Source: Planctomycetia bacterium
GTDB taxonomy: Bacteria > Planctomycetota > Planctomycetia > Pirellulales > UBA1268
Assembly (NCBI GenBank): GCA_046094745.1
Contig: JBJTHX010000145.1
Coordinates: forward strand, 1 to 29,870
Length of the DNA: 29,870 bases
Reading direction: 5' to 3'
Shown here piece by piece: positions 1 through 9,355 of the stretch (position 1 is its first letter; each line of letters opens with the position of its first letter). The position numbers were made by a program, and so were the translations under genes. The notes beneath the pieces are model-generated. The model ran no database searches and had not been told where the DNA came from. It was given only the letters and a program-made list of their open reading frames with translations.

Positions 1-188
1 TGCTGATCTGCTCCTCGAGCTTCTTCCGCTCCTTCTGGGCCTCCTCGAGCTGGAACTTGAGGCCCAGCTTCTGCGCACCCTGCACGTCCTCGGCCTTGCG
101 GTTGACCTCTTGCTCCCAGTTGATGTGCGAGGAGTAGATGGCGACGGCGAAACTCATGAACACGAGGCTCATGATGAACACCGCGAAC
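1..188. repeat. Inverted copy of 651-838 (internal part of the coiled-coil gene); runs off the window start
   Basis: Base i pairs with base 839-i from 1 to 188 (TGCTGATCTG at 1-10 is the reverse complement of CAGATCAGCA at 829-838). I found one mismatch (143 vs 696), synonymous in the coiled-coil frame (GTC vs GTT, Val). Confidence 0.95.
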
Positions 189-493
189 TCGACATGCATC
201 TCGTGGCGGCGATCTTCCGCGCCGTCGAGGTGCGGACGCCGATCGCGATCGCGGCCAACACCGGATTTTCGGCGGCGATCGACGGCTGCGGACGGCTGCT
301 GGAGCGCGGGCCGCGGCGGGCTTCGGCGACCCTCCAGGCTCGGATCCACCCCGACGGCCGGCGGAGCCCCTGGCTGGCGATGGGGACTTTGCCGACGGCG
401 GCGTGTGTGGCGGTGGCGGCGGCTGTGACGCTCGCGGAGGGCTTGGCCCGCCGGGGCGGGGGCCGTCTGAACGGGCCGCAGCGGGCCGGGTGA
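185..493 (+). pseudogene. lnt: 3' fragment of apolipoprotein N-acyltransferase; 5' part replaced by the inverted repeat
   Basis: Translation ELDMHLVAAIFRAVEVRTPIAIAANTGFSAAIDGCG matches the Lnt/nitrilase-fold C-terminal RAxExR...AANTGxSxxID motif. It is followed by a hydrophobic C-terminal helix and TGA at 491-493. The truncation may be an assembly artefact. Confidence 0.8.
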
Positions 494-624
494 CGCCGGC
501 CGGGCCCGGCTGCCGATTCTCCCGGCGGGTCCGGGCGGGCCGGTGCGCAACTTGCCCCCGGTGCCATCCCGGAAGGAAGATGGTTCGGTAGACGCGTGCC
601 GTCGGGCCGCGAGCCGGAGGCGAC

Positions 625-1485
625 ATGAACATCATCGGCAAGATCTTCGTGTTCGCGGTGTTCATCATGAGCCTCGTGTTCATGAGTTTCGCCGTTGCCA
701 TCTACTCCTCGCACATCAACTGGGAGCAGGAGGTCAACCGCAAGGCCGAGGACGTGCAGGGTGCGCAGAAGCTGGGCCTCAAGTTCCAGCTCGAGGAGGC
801 CCAGAAGGAGCGGAAGAAGCTCGAGGAGCAGATCAGCACGCTCGTGCAGAAGGTGGCCGCCTCGGAGGCCGCCCGCGACCAGGTGGTCGCCAAGTTGCGC
901 ACGGCGCTCGAGGAGAAGGATGAGGAGCTGGGCAGGCTGCTGGGCGAAAAGGAGAAGCGTGAGGAGGCCCAGCAGAAGGCGCTCGCCGAAATGCAGGTGG
1001 CGCAGGCCAATCTCGAGAAGGCGGTGAAGGAAGTGGAGATGCTCCGCGGCCAGGTGCGGGAGCAGCAGGCGAAGGTCGACAAGGAGGTGGACAAGGCCGC
1101 CGAGCTGGCCCAGAAACTCCACGAGAGCCAATCCTTCCTCGAGATCGCCACGGAGCGGAAGGAGCAACTGGAGAAGCAGGTCGCCAACGCCCGGCTGCTT
1201 CTCAAGCAGCAGGGGCTGTCACTCGACGCGCTGCCCAAGGATCGCGTGCCCACGCTCGACGGCGACGTGCTGGCCGTCGCCGACAACTCGATCGAGGTCT
1301 CGCTCGGCGGTGACGAGGGCCTGCAGCCCGGGCACACGCTCGACGTCTACCGCGAAGGCCAGTACGTGGGCCGGGCGGTCGTGAAGACCGTAAAGCCGGA
1401 CCGCGCGGTGGCGATGATTCTCCGGGAGTATTCCCGCGGCGTGGTGCAGCGGGGAGACAAGGTCACGACGCGGCTGAAGAGCTGA
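625..1485 (+). CDS. Membrane-anchored coiled-coil protein with a C-terminal FlgT_C-like beta domain (286 aa)
   Basis: GGAGG at 616-620 precedes ATG. N-terminal hydrophobic helix (IFVFAVFIMSLVFMSFAVAIY), about 180 aa of E/K/Q/A heptad sequence, then a beta-rich tail (IEVSLGGDEGLQPGHTLDVYR...VQRGDKV). Confidence 0.85.
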   Translation: MNIIGKIFVFAVFIMSLVFMSFAVAIYSSHINWEQEVNRKAEDVQGAQKLGLKFQLEEAQKERKKLEEQISTLVQKVAASEAARDQVVAKLRTALEEKDEELGRLLGEKEKREEAQQKALAEMQVAQANLEKAVKEVEMLRGQVREQQAKVDKEVDKAAELAQKLHESQSFLEIATERKEQLEKQVANARLLLKQQGLSLDALPKDRVPTLDGDVLAVADNSIEVSLGGDEGLQPGHTLDVYREGQYVGRAVVKTVKPDRAVAMILREYSRGVVQRGDKVTTRLKS

Positions 1486-1498
1486 CACACGGCGAGCC

Positions 1499-1645
1499 AT
1501 GGCAGACGACGCACCGCAATCGCGATCGAGGCCGCCGATGAACGTCTACACGGCGATGCTGCTGCTGTCGTTCGTGGCCATGTCGATCGGCTGCCTGATC
1601 CTGGCCCTCGACCTGTTCTCGCGCCGGCTGCCGCTGAAGCCGTAG
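1499..1645 (+). CDS. Small single-pass membrane protein, 48 aa (absent from the ORF track)
   Basis: MADDAPQSRSRPPMNVYTAMLLLSFVAMSIGCLILALDLFSRRLPLKP*. ATG is 13 nt after the upstream stop, codons are GC3-rich, there is one clear TM helix, and the ORF fills the gap before mtfA. Confidence 0.8.
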   Translation: MADDAPQSRSRPPMNVYTAMLLLSFVAMSIGCLILALDLFSRRLPLKP

Positions 1646-1675
1646 ACGGCGCCGCTTCCTGCCGGCGGGTTCGCC

Positions 1676-2470
1676 ATGCTGTTCTCCTGGCTACGGACCC
1701 GCCGTCGCCACGCCCTGGCCGCGCGGCCCTTCCCGCCGGCCTGGGACGCGATCCTCGCCCGGCTTGTGAAGCAGGTGCAGTGGCTCGCCCCGGCCGAGCG
1801 GCAGCGACTCGAGCGATGGATCGTCGTGTTCCTCGCCGAGAAGCGGTTCGAGGGCTGCGGCGGCCTGGAGATCACCGACGAGATTCGCGTGGCGATCGCC
1901 GCCCAGGCGGGGATCGTGACGCTGGGGTTCGCCGCGGAGCACTTCGACAGGCTGCAGTCGGTGCTCGTCTATCCGGGCGACTATCTCGTGCCGCGGTCGA
2001 CGCCGCTGGAGGGGGGCGGCGAACTGGAGTGGCAGGAGGCCCGGGTCGGCGAGGCCTGGGGCGGCGGCAGCCTGGTCCTCTCCTGGCCCGGCGTCGTGGC
2101 CGGCGGCCGGCTCCGCGACGGACCGCGAAGCGTGGTAATCCACGAGTGTGCGCACCTGTTCGACCTGCTCGACGGGGAGATCGACGGCGTGCCGCCGCTG
2201 CCCTCGGCGGCGGCCCGACGGGCATGGGTGGCCGCCTGTGACGCGTGCCGGTCGCGGTTCGACGAGGCGATCGACGAGGGGCGGGTGACGGCCTTCGACG
2301 ACTACGCCGCCGAGAGCGCCGCCGAGTTCTTCGCGGTGGCGAGCGAGTGTTTCTTCCAGGATCCGCACCGGCTGGCACGGCACGACAGGCAGCTCTACCG
2401 GCTGCTCCAGGAGGCCTGGCGACAGGATCCCCAGGCGCGGGTGCCGACGCGGCCGACCCATGACCGCTGA
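1676..2470 (+). CDS. mtfA: Zinc-dependent peptidase, M90 / MtfA (YeeI) family
   Basis: HECAH (HExxH) followed by LFDLLDG, then YAAESAAEFFAVASECFF; also FLAEKRFEGCGGLEITDEIRVAIAAQA, typical of the family. Confidence 0.85.
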   Translation: MLFSWLRTRRRHALAARPFPPAWDAILARLVKQVQWLAPAERQRLERWIVVFLAEKRFEGCGGLEITDEIRVAIAAQAGIVTLGFAAEHFDRLQSVLVYPGDYLVPRSTPLEGGGELEWQEARVGEAWGGGSLVLSWPGVVAGGRLRDGPRSVVIHECAHLFDLLDGEIDGVPPLPSAAARRAWVAACDACRSRFDEAIDEGRVTAFDDYAAESAAEFFAVASECFFQDPHRLARHDRQLYRLLQEAWRQDPQARVPTRPTHDR

Positions 2471-2475
2471 CGGCT

Positions 2476-3843
2476 TCAGGTCGCGTCGGCCGGTGGTGCG
2501 TCCTCGGCCGGCGGTGGTTCCTTGGCCGGCGGCTGAGCCGGCGGTGGCTGCCGCGGCACGGCCGCGGCGGGCCGCCGCGGGGCCAGCGAGACGAGGACAC
2601 CGTCGGGCGACGCGAGTACGAGCCGATCCGTCTCCGTGTTGACGACCGGGAACGAGAAGCCCGCGAGACAGACCTGCTGGCGGCGCTGGCCGGTCGCCAG
2701 GTCGATGCCGGCCAGCCGGCCCGTGCGGTCGATGATCCAGACGCGGTCTCCGGCGATGGCCAGCACGCGGCCGGCAATCGCGGAGCGCCATCGTTCCACC
2801 CCCGTGTCGGCGGAAAAAGCCGCCATGCCGGTCTCGCCGAGCGACACCACGACGGTGTCGCCGCCGAGGAACGGGCCGGCATCGGGCGTGGCATCCAGCA
2901 CCACGTGCCACCCGGTGCGAAGGCCGGTGCCGCCGGATTCGAGGAGATCGATCCGGGCCAAGTCGGCGGCCTGGGTCGCGGCGAACACCGACTTGCCACG
3001 GGTGACCGGCGCGTCGACGGCAGGGGCGTTGAGCCCGAACTCGTACCGCACCCACTCGAGTTCCGCCTCCTGCAGGGTCACGAGCACGCCGTCGGTCGTC
3101 GACCAGACGACGCCCTTGCCGAGCGGTCGCACCGGCCGGGCCACCGCGCCGGTGCTGTCGAACGTTCGCGGCCTCAGGCTCTCGACCGTCGGCTTGGCGA
3201 CCTCCGGCTGTTTCTTCCTGGCCGCCACGGCGCCGCGCTTGTTCCCCTTGGCCGGCTGTGCCGGCGGCGGTGCCGTCGGGTCAGCCGTCGGCTGGAGGGG
3301 GTTGGTGGTCAGTCGGCGGATGCCGCCGCCCGCCAGCGGCTCGTAGACCCAGTCGCCGATCTCGACGGCACCGGTTCCAGGCAGTCGGCCCAGCGGCCGT
3401 GTCCAGCGGGTGGCGCCGGTGTCGCGGTCGAGAGCGAAGAGTTCCAGGTTCCGGGTCGCGGTCACGAGCCGCGGGCCGACGCCCGGCGGTGTCGAGACAC
3501 CGCCGCCGGCCTCCAGTCGACGCGACCACAGCAGCGCGCCGGCCGCCGGCTCCCCGGGCTGCCGACGTGCCATCGCCTGCACGGCGTGCACGCCACCATC
3601 GCCGGTCTGGGCGACCACCAGTCCGTCACCGACGGTCACGTGTTCCAGGTTCGCCCGTGCGGAGTCGAACGGGATCTGCACGACCCACTCGCGGACCATT
3701 CCCATCCGCTCCGCCACGAACTCGTCGGCGGGCGTGCCGGTGAGCGACCCGCCGCAGCCGGCACCGCAGTCGGCGACGGCGGTCCCCGTCGCGGCCGCCA
3801 GCGCGAGCGCCCACACGAGTCGCATGCGCGTCGGACTGCCCAT
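2476..3843 (-). CDS. Secreted PQQ-type beta-propeller repeat protein (BamB-like fold)
   Basis: Signal-peptide-like N-terminus (MRLVWALALAAATGTAVA); repeated blade motifs (LFALDRDTGATRW, AAFSADTGVERW, AGIDLATGQRR); Pro-rich tail. Confidence 0.8.
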   Translation of the reverse strand: MGSPTRMRLVWALALAAATGTAVADCGAGCGGSLTGTPADEFVAERMGMVREWVVQIPFDSARANLEHVTVGDGLVVAQTGDGGVHAVQAMARRQPGEPAAGALLWSRRLEAGGGVSTPPGVGPRLVTATRNLELFALDRDTGATRWTRPLGRLPGTGAVEIGDWVYEPLAGGGIRRLTTNPLQPTADPTAPPPAQPAKGNKRGAVAARKKQPEVAKPTVESLRPRTFDSTGAVARPVRPLGKGVVWSTTDGVLVTLQEAELEWVRYEFGLNAPAVDAPVTRGKSVFAATQAADLARIDLLESGGTGLRTGWHVVLDATPDAGPFLGGDTVVVSLGETGMAAFSADTGVERWRSAIAGRVLAIAGDRVWIIDRTGRLAGIDLATGQRRQQVCLAGFSFPVVNTETDRLVLASPDGVLVSLAPRRPAAAVPRQPPPAQPPAKEPPPAEDAPPADAT

Positions 3844-3893
3844 CGGATGTCACCGCGACGAGGAGGAGGGCCGGCCAGGGAACCCGCTGGGCA

Positions 3894-3933
3894 AGGATAG
3901 CCCACGAAAAACAACCCGCAAAAATGCTACGAT
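3894..3933. promoter_or_regulatory. Putative back-to-back sigma70-type -10 elements
   Basis: AT-rich island in a very GC-rich background. TG-C-TACGAT (extended -10) at 3925-3933 on + faces the gene at 4006; TATCCT at 3899-3894 on - faces the gene at 3843. Two A5 tracts lie between them. Confidence 0.5.
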
Positions 3934-4005
3934 CGGGCCGATTGATCGCGGTGTGCCGGTCGCACCGCTCGCCCCTGGACAGGACGGACGAAAGCCGGAC
4001 TCTCG

Positions 4006-7000
4006 ATGCCGACGGACGCGACACCCGGCCGTTCCAAGGACCCAGCCGCGATCATCCTGGGCTACCTGAACTTCTCGTCCGGGGCCTTCGACCCGGCCGC
4101 CTGGCGGGCCTGCAGCGATCTCTACGCCGCCCTGGAGCCGGCGACGGCGGGTGTCGTCACCGAGGCTGCGGACGCGGCGGACGGCCTGGCCGCGGCACTC
4201 GGCACCCGGCTCGGGGAACTGGAGCCCGCGGAGCCCGCGTTCCGCGAGGCCACGCAGGCCCGCTGGGCGCTGAGCGTCGTCTTCGACCACGCGCTGCCGG
4301 GCTACCGCCGGTTTCACGCTGACCTGCTCGAGCACCAGCCGCCCGGCGCGATCGAGCGGCCCTACTTCGTGATGGCGGCGGTGCAGGCGGTGCTGGCCGC
4401 CGCCAGCCCGGGTGACGACCCGCCGGTGGCCGCGGCCGCCGCGATCGACCGACTCAACGACTACGTCGGCTGGCGGCCCGTGGCGGTGCTGGAGAACGGG
4501 CGGCTGTCCGAGCCGTACCGACACGAGCGTGTCAGGCCGGTGCCACTTTATGTATCCGGCGCGGGAGCGGCCCATGGCCGCTACGGGAGCCTCGTGGCCG
4601 GTGCGATCGACATCCTCCGCGAGGCCCCCAGGGAGCTCGTGCAGCAGGCCGATTTCGAACTGGAACTGCTCGAGGAACTCGCGATCGACCCGCGGGCCTT
4701 CGACTTCCTCCACCCCGCGGCCAGCCGGCCCAACTACCTGTTCGGCCTCTGGGATCCGGCCCGGATCGACGGGCAGGGCAACTACCGGCGGATGGTCGTG
4801 CAGCAGGCGACGCTCGACGGCATCCTCTCCTGGCCGGCGGCCCCCCGCGACGACCAGACCCCGCAGCGGGAAGCGGAACTCCGCTGGGAGTCCTCGGCGG
4901 TGCTCGCGGGCGTGATGCTCATGGCCTCGGGTCTGTCGGGCCACGGGCCCGGCGCCCGCCAGGCCGGGCTGCCGCTGGCCGAACTCCTGCCGCGGATCGC
5001 CGCCTACCGCGATGCCTTCTACCGCTGGCTGCTCACGCGGCTGCCCGAGCCCCATCGCGGCCGGTTGGAGGACGAGGCCCGGCGACTGCGCCAGCCGTTC
5101 GCGGGCGTGCGGCGGCACATCAACGCCGTGCTGGCCGGTCGCCGCGCCCGACAGGTGGAAAGCGTCGCGCTGGCCTCGGTGCTCGCGCGGATCGGACGGG
5201 CCACGGGAGCGGAGCGGATGTCGGCCGCCGTGCCGGCCGCCTCGGCCCGGATGTTCTCGCGGATCACGAGCCGGGTCGTCGCCGCCCACCAGGCGGGGCG
5301 CCGCGAGGGCGAGACGGCCGCCGCGCTCGACGAACTCGACGCGGCGACGGACCTCCTCTTTCGCGCGGTCGGCTGCGGGGCGGCCGTCGATCCCTGGAAC
5401 ATCCTCGGGCTGTCCGGCCAGTTCCCCCTGCACGATCCCGGTGGTGAGAGCCTGCCCGACCCACGGGTGGACGATCTCATCAATGTCGCCGGATCGATCC
5501 TCGACGGGTACGCCGCCGCCTGGAGGCAGGCGGGCCTCGGCGGCGGGCAGGCGGCGGTGGCAGCCCGCGCCGCGGCGTCCCTCGAGCGGCTCGCGGCCTG
5601 GTGGGATCGGTTCGCGACGACGACCGTGTCGGGTGTGACGCACCTCTCGGGTCGCGAGGCCTGCGACGCCGCGCGGGAGGTGATCGATTCCCTGGGCAGG
5701 CGTCGCGAGTTCGCCGACGGACCGCCGCCCCCCGGATTTTGGCGGCGCGAGGTGGCGGCTTTCACGTCGCCACGCACGCATGCGGAGGCGGCCGACGCCC
5801 TGCTACGCGAGGGTGATCTCGACGGCTCGCTGGGCCTGCTCGTGCACTGGGCATCGCTCCTCGAGGGCGCCGCCGTCGAGCGATCCGGGCCGGTGTGGCT
5901 CGGTGCTGCCGCCCGCTGGATGACGCTGGCCGCAGCCGACACATCGGCCGCGGGTCGGACGCGGGTCCGCCGGTTTCTCGAACTCGTGGAGGCCAACACC
6001 ACCGCCGTCGTCGACCTCATCGAGACGGTGGCGGTGGGCCGTGAGCCGGGGGAGCGTCGCGGACCGGCGGGAGACGGCGAGGAAGACGAACAGCCCGGCG
6101 CCGAGGAAAGCGTGGCCGCCGCCTACGAGTCGATGGTGTGGCGCGATTCCGCGGACGACGGCGTGGACGGGGGCATGATCGATGTCGACGCCCCGGGCGG
6201 TTCGGCCGCCGGGGGCCTCGCCGCCGTCGAGGAAGCCGCCGAGTTCCTCATGGGCGTCTGCAAGCTGCTCCGACGGGCGGTCACCGCCTGGTGCCGGCTG
6301 GACGCGGACGCTCGCGCGGCGCCGGTGCGGGCCGAGATCGACTCCTGCCTTGGCTGGCGGCACTCGCTGCGGCGGCTGCGGCGGGCGCTCGTGCGGGCTG
6401 CCGTGACGGTCGCCTCCCGCGACCGGCAGCCGCCGCCGGGCATGCCGCCGACGGAGTACGACCGGCTCCGCTGGGCCCGCGACGGCGCCGCCGAGCGGCT
6501 CATCGAGGCGGCGGTGCAGGCGGCCGAGACGCTGTGGATGCTCTCGGCCCGGCTGCACCTGCGGACCCCCGGGAGCGACGCGGGCGGGGGCGCGGCGAAG
6601 GCGGCGGTCGGCCGGTTGTTCGCGGCCCTCTTCCGCGGCGATCCGGCCGCGGCCGCCGTGGAACTCGAGCTCGTTCGCAGTCGGCTGGTGGGCCGGCCAC
6701 CGCGGGAGAGCGGCACGTAAAGCACCGGCCGGCCCGATCGCATCGTCCGCGCCCGCAGTCGGGAGCGGCTCCTCGAGCGGCTGGCGGCCTGCCTGCCGCG
6801 GCTGGGCCTCGTGGCGGAGACCGCTGCCGTCGTGCAGCTCGCGAAGCAGCTTGAGAGCCTGCGGCCGCAGGGGGCGGCGAGCGTGAGCGAGTTCGACCGC
6901 GTCTTCGAGGCGGCGACGACTGCCCTGGTGGAGCGGATCACCACGAGCGCCGCGGCCGCCGATGCGTCCGGGCCGCCGGCGGAGGATGTCGTGACCGAGC

Positions 7001-8031
7001 GGATCCTGGCCGGGCTCGCCCTGCTCGTGCCCCGCCTGCTCGAAACCTGGATGACCCATGCGCGGCAGCTGCGGCTGTCGGTGCTCGAACGGGTGCGGGA
7101 CGAGAAGGCCTTTGCGACGATCCGCGAATTCATCGAGCACTACGGCTCCGGGCTGTTCACGCAGCACGTGCTGGCACCAGCGTCGCTGCGGGGCATCCTG
7201 CGGGGTGGCGTGGGGCGGTACCTGGAGCACGTGCTCGAGCAGGGCCCGGCCGATCCCGAAGCCGGTGACGCCGCCGCCGCGCCCCGCCGGCCGGTGCGGC
7301 TCGTCGAGGACCTCGCCTCCGGTGTCCTGCCGATGAAGCAGGCTGCCGCCCGCCTGCGGCTGGTGCTCGAGAGCATCGCCGAGAACCATGCCGAGTACCG
7401 CGACTGGAACTCCACCACGACCCAGTCCGATCGCGGCGAATGCCTGCACATGCTCCTCGACTTTCTCCGGGTGAAAGCGGAGCACGACCGGATCGCCTGG
7501 ACCCTGCGTCCGGTCAACATGGCGCATCGGGTGCTCGCCCGTCGCGGGGCCACGGCGGCGGCTGAGGCCTGGCGGGAGCGGATGCGGGAGGAGACGGGCG
7601 AGACGGCGGCGGCGCTCGTGAACCGCTTGTCCGACCTGGAGGCCCACTGGAGCGTGCGGCTGGCGAGCGTCAGCGACCGCGTGCGGCGGCCGTTCACGGC
7701 ATCGCTCGAGCAGGATGAACTCGAGGCCCTGGTGGATCCCGCGGTGAGCGAGCTGTTCGTCGGCGAGCCGGCCGGCGCGGGCCCGCGACTCGAGTCGAAG
7801 GCGGAGACGTTTCTGGGCGTCGCCAGCGGCTCGGGCGTGGAGGTGCCCGAGTGGCTCGAGCGGCTGGGCGCGGCGGTCGACCGGGCGGTCGAGGCGGCAG
7901 AGGCCCGGGGTGACGTGCCGCCTGGCGCGGGGAACGATCTCGGCAGGCTGCCCGACGCGGTGCCCTGGCTGCTCGTCGGGTGGGAGCCGCTGCAGGCGGC
8001 GCTCGCGCTGGAACGCGGCGGCCACGGCTGA
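4006..8031 (+). pseudogene. Large hypothetical protein (~1341 aa if restored), interrupted by an in-frame TAA at 6718-6720 inside a 28-bp micro-inversion
   Basis: ORFs 4006-6720 and 6811-8031 share a frame and 6721-8031 is open. Reverse-complementing 6699-6726 gives ...LVGRPVLYVPLSRGGRPDRIVRAR... with no stop. Confidence 0.85.
6690..6735. other. Micro-inversion: 9-bp inverted repeats (GGGCCGGCC / GGCCGGCCC) flanking a 28-bp inverted core
   Basis: Arms at 6690-6698 and 6727-6735 are exact reverse complements. Core ACCGCGGGAGAGCGGCACGTAAAGCACC has reverse complement GGTGCTTTACGTGCCGCTCTCCCGCGGT, which restores the ORF. Confidence 0.85.
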
Positions 8032-8051
8032 CGCGGCCGGCCTCGGGAGCG

Positions 8052-8060
8052 TGGTAGAGT
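8052..8060 (+). promoter_or_regulatory. Putative extended -10 element for a leaderless alaA transcript
   Basis: TG-G-TAGAGT, 6 nt, then ATG at 8067; no Shine-Dalgarno at a usable distance. Confidence 0.5.
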
Positions 8061-8066
8061 TTTGGT

Positions 8067-9308
8067 ATGAGCCTGCCGCCCCTCCGCGCCTCCGAGCATC
8101 TGCACGACGTGCGCTACGAGATCCGCGGCGCGCTCGCCCGCCGCGCGGAGCAGCTCGAGCGCGAGGGGCACGAGATCATCAAGCTCAACATCGGGAACCC
8201 CGGGGCCTTCGGCTTCCGGATGCCCGGTTCGATGCGGGTCGCGATCGTCGAGAACCTCCACCAGGCCGACCCCTACTCGCACCAGAAGGGCATCTTCCCG
8301 GCCCGCGAGGCGGTGGTCATGCAGCAGCAGAGCCGCGGCGTGATGGATGTCACGGCCGACGACGTGTTCATCGGCAACGGGGTTTCGGAACTGATCATGC
8401 TCGCCATGCGGGCGCTGCTCAATCCCGGCGACGAGGTCCTCGTGCCCGCCCCCGACTACCCCCTGTGGACGGCGTCGGTCGTGATCCACGGCGGCAAGGC
8501 GGTGCACTATCCGTGCCGGGCCGAGAGCGGCTTCGTGCCCGACCCGGACGAGGTGGAGCGACTCGTCACCGATCGCACGCGGGCTCTCGTGATCATCAAT
8601 CCCAACAACCCGACCGGGGCCGTCTACCCGCGGGCGGTCCTGGAGCGCCTCTCCGCCATCGCCCAGCGGCGGCACCTCGTGCTGTGCGCCGACGAGATCT
8701 ACGACGAGATGCTCTACAACGGCGCCGAGTTCGTTCCCGCGGCGACGCTCACCGGCCAGGGGTTGTGCCTGACCTTCAGCGGCCTGAGCAAGGTGTACCG
8801 GGCCTGCGGCCTGCGGGTCGGCTGGCTCGTCTTCTCCGGCGAGCGGGAACACGCCCGCGACTACCTCCAGGCCGTGGAACTGCTGGCCTCGCTGCGGCTG
8901 TGCTCCAACGTGCCCGGCCAGTACGCGGTGCAGACGGCGCTCGGGGGCCACCAGTCGATCTTCGAGCTCACGCGGCCCGGCGGCCGGCTGCACGCCACGC
9001 GGGCGGCCCTGCTCGACGCCGTGGCCCGGAGCCGGTATCTGTCCGTCGTGCCGCCGGCGGGCGCGATGTACGCCTTCGTCCGCGTGCATGCCGAGCGGCT
9101 GCCGGGCGGGATCGCCGGCTTCGACGACCAGGCCTTCGCGCTCGATCTGCTCGAGCGGAAGCACGTGTTGGTGGCGCCGGGATCGAGTTTCAACGTGCCC
9201 TACCGCGACCACTTCCGGGTCACGCTCCTGCCGGACGCCGAGCAGATGGCGGAGGTCTTCGCGCGGATCGAGTCGCTGCTCGACGAGTACGCCGCACCAG
9301 CGGCGTGA
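8067..9308 (+). CDS. alaA: PLP-dependent aminotransferase class I/II, AlaA (YfbQ/AlaT) type
   Basis: N-terminal VRYEIRG...IIKLNIGNP, INPNNPTGAVY, ADEIYD, PLP-lysine motif SGLSKVYRACGLRVGW, C-terminal HFRVTLLP. Confidence 0.85.
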   Translation: MSLPPLRASEHLHDVRYEIRGALARRAEQLEREGHEIIKLNIGNPGAFGFRMPGSMRVAIVENLHQADPYSHQKGIFPAREAVVMQQQSRGVMDVTADDVFIGNGVSELIMLAMRALLNPGDEVLVPAPDYPLWTASVVIHGGKAVHYPCRAESGFVPDPDEVERLVTDRTRALVIINPNNPTGAVYPRAVLERLSAIAQRRHLVLCADEIYDEMLYNGAEFVPAATLTGQGLCLTFSGLSKVYRACGLRVGWLVFSGEREHARDYLQAVELLASLRLCSNVPGQYAVQTALGGHQSIFELTRPGGRLHATRAALLDAVARSRYLSVVPPAGAMYAFVRVHAERLPGGIAGFDDQAFALDLLERKHVLVAPGSSFNVPYRDHFRVTLLPDAEQMAEVFARIESLLDEYAAPAA

Positions 9309-9355
9309 GCCGTGGCCCGGGCAGGAACGGTCGGGATCGTGGTACAACGAGGGGC

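Noticed and set aside
110-184. N-terminal part of track ORF 110-493 as a real protein start
   Set aside because: It is the antisense reading of the inverted repeat; only 185-493 resembles Lnt.
1676-2470. mtfA as evidence of an Mlc/PtsG glucose regulatory circuit
   Set aside because: That role is established for enterobacteria; no mlc or PTS genes are in the window, so only the peptidase family call is supported.
6718-6720. Stop-codon readthrough or recoding (selenocysteine, pyrrolysine) at the in-frame stop
   Set aside because: The stop is TAA, not TGA or TAG, and the flanking inverted repeats give a simpler explanation.
6811-8031. Independent 406-aa gene starting at GTG 6811
   Set aside because: No SD, and the frame is open back to the TAA at 6720; better explained as the C-terminal part of the interrupted 4006-8031 gene.
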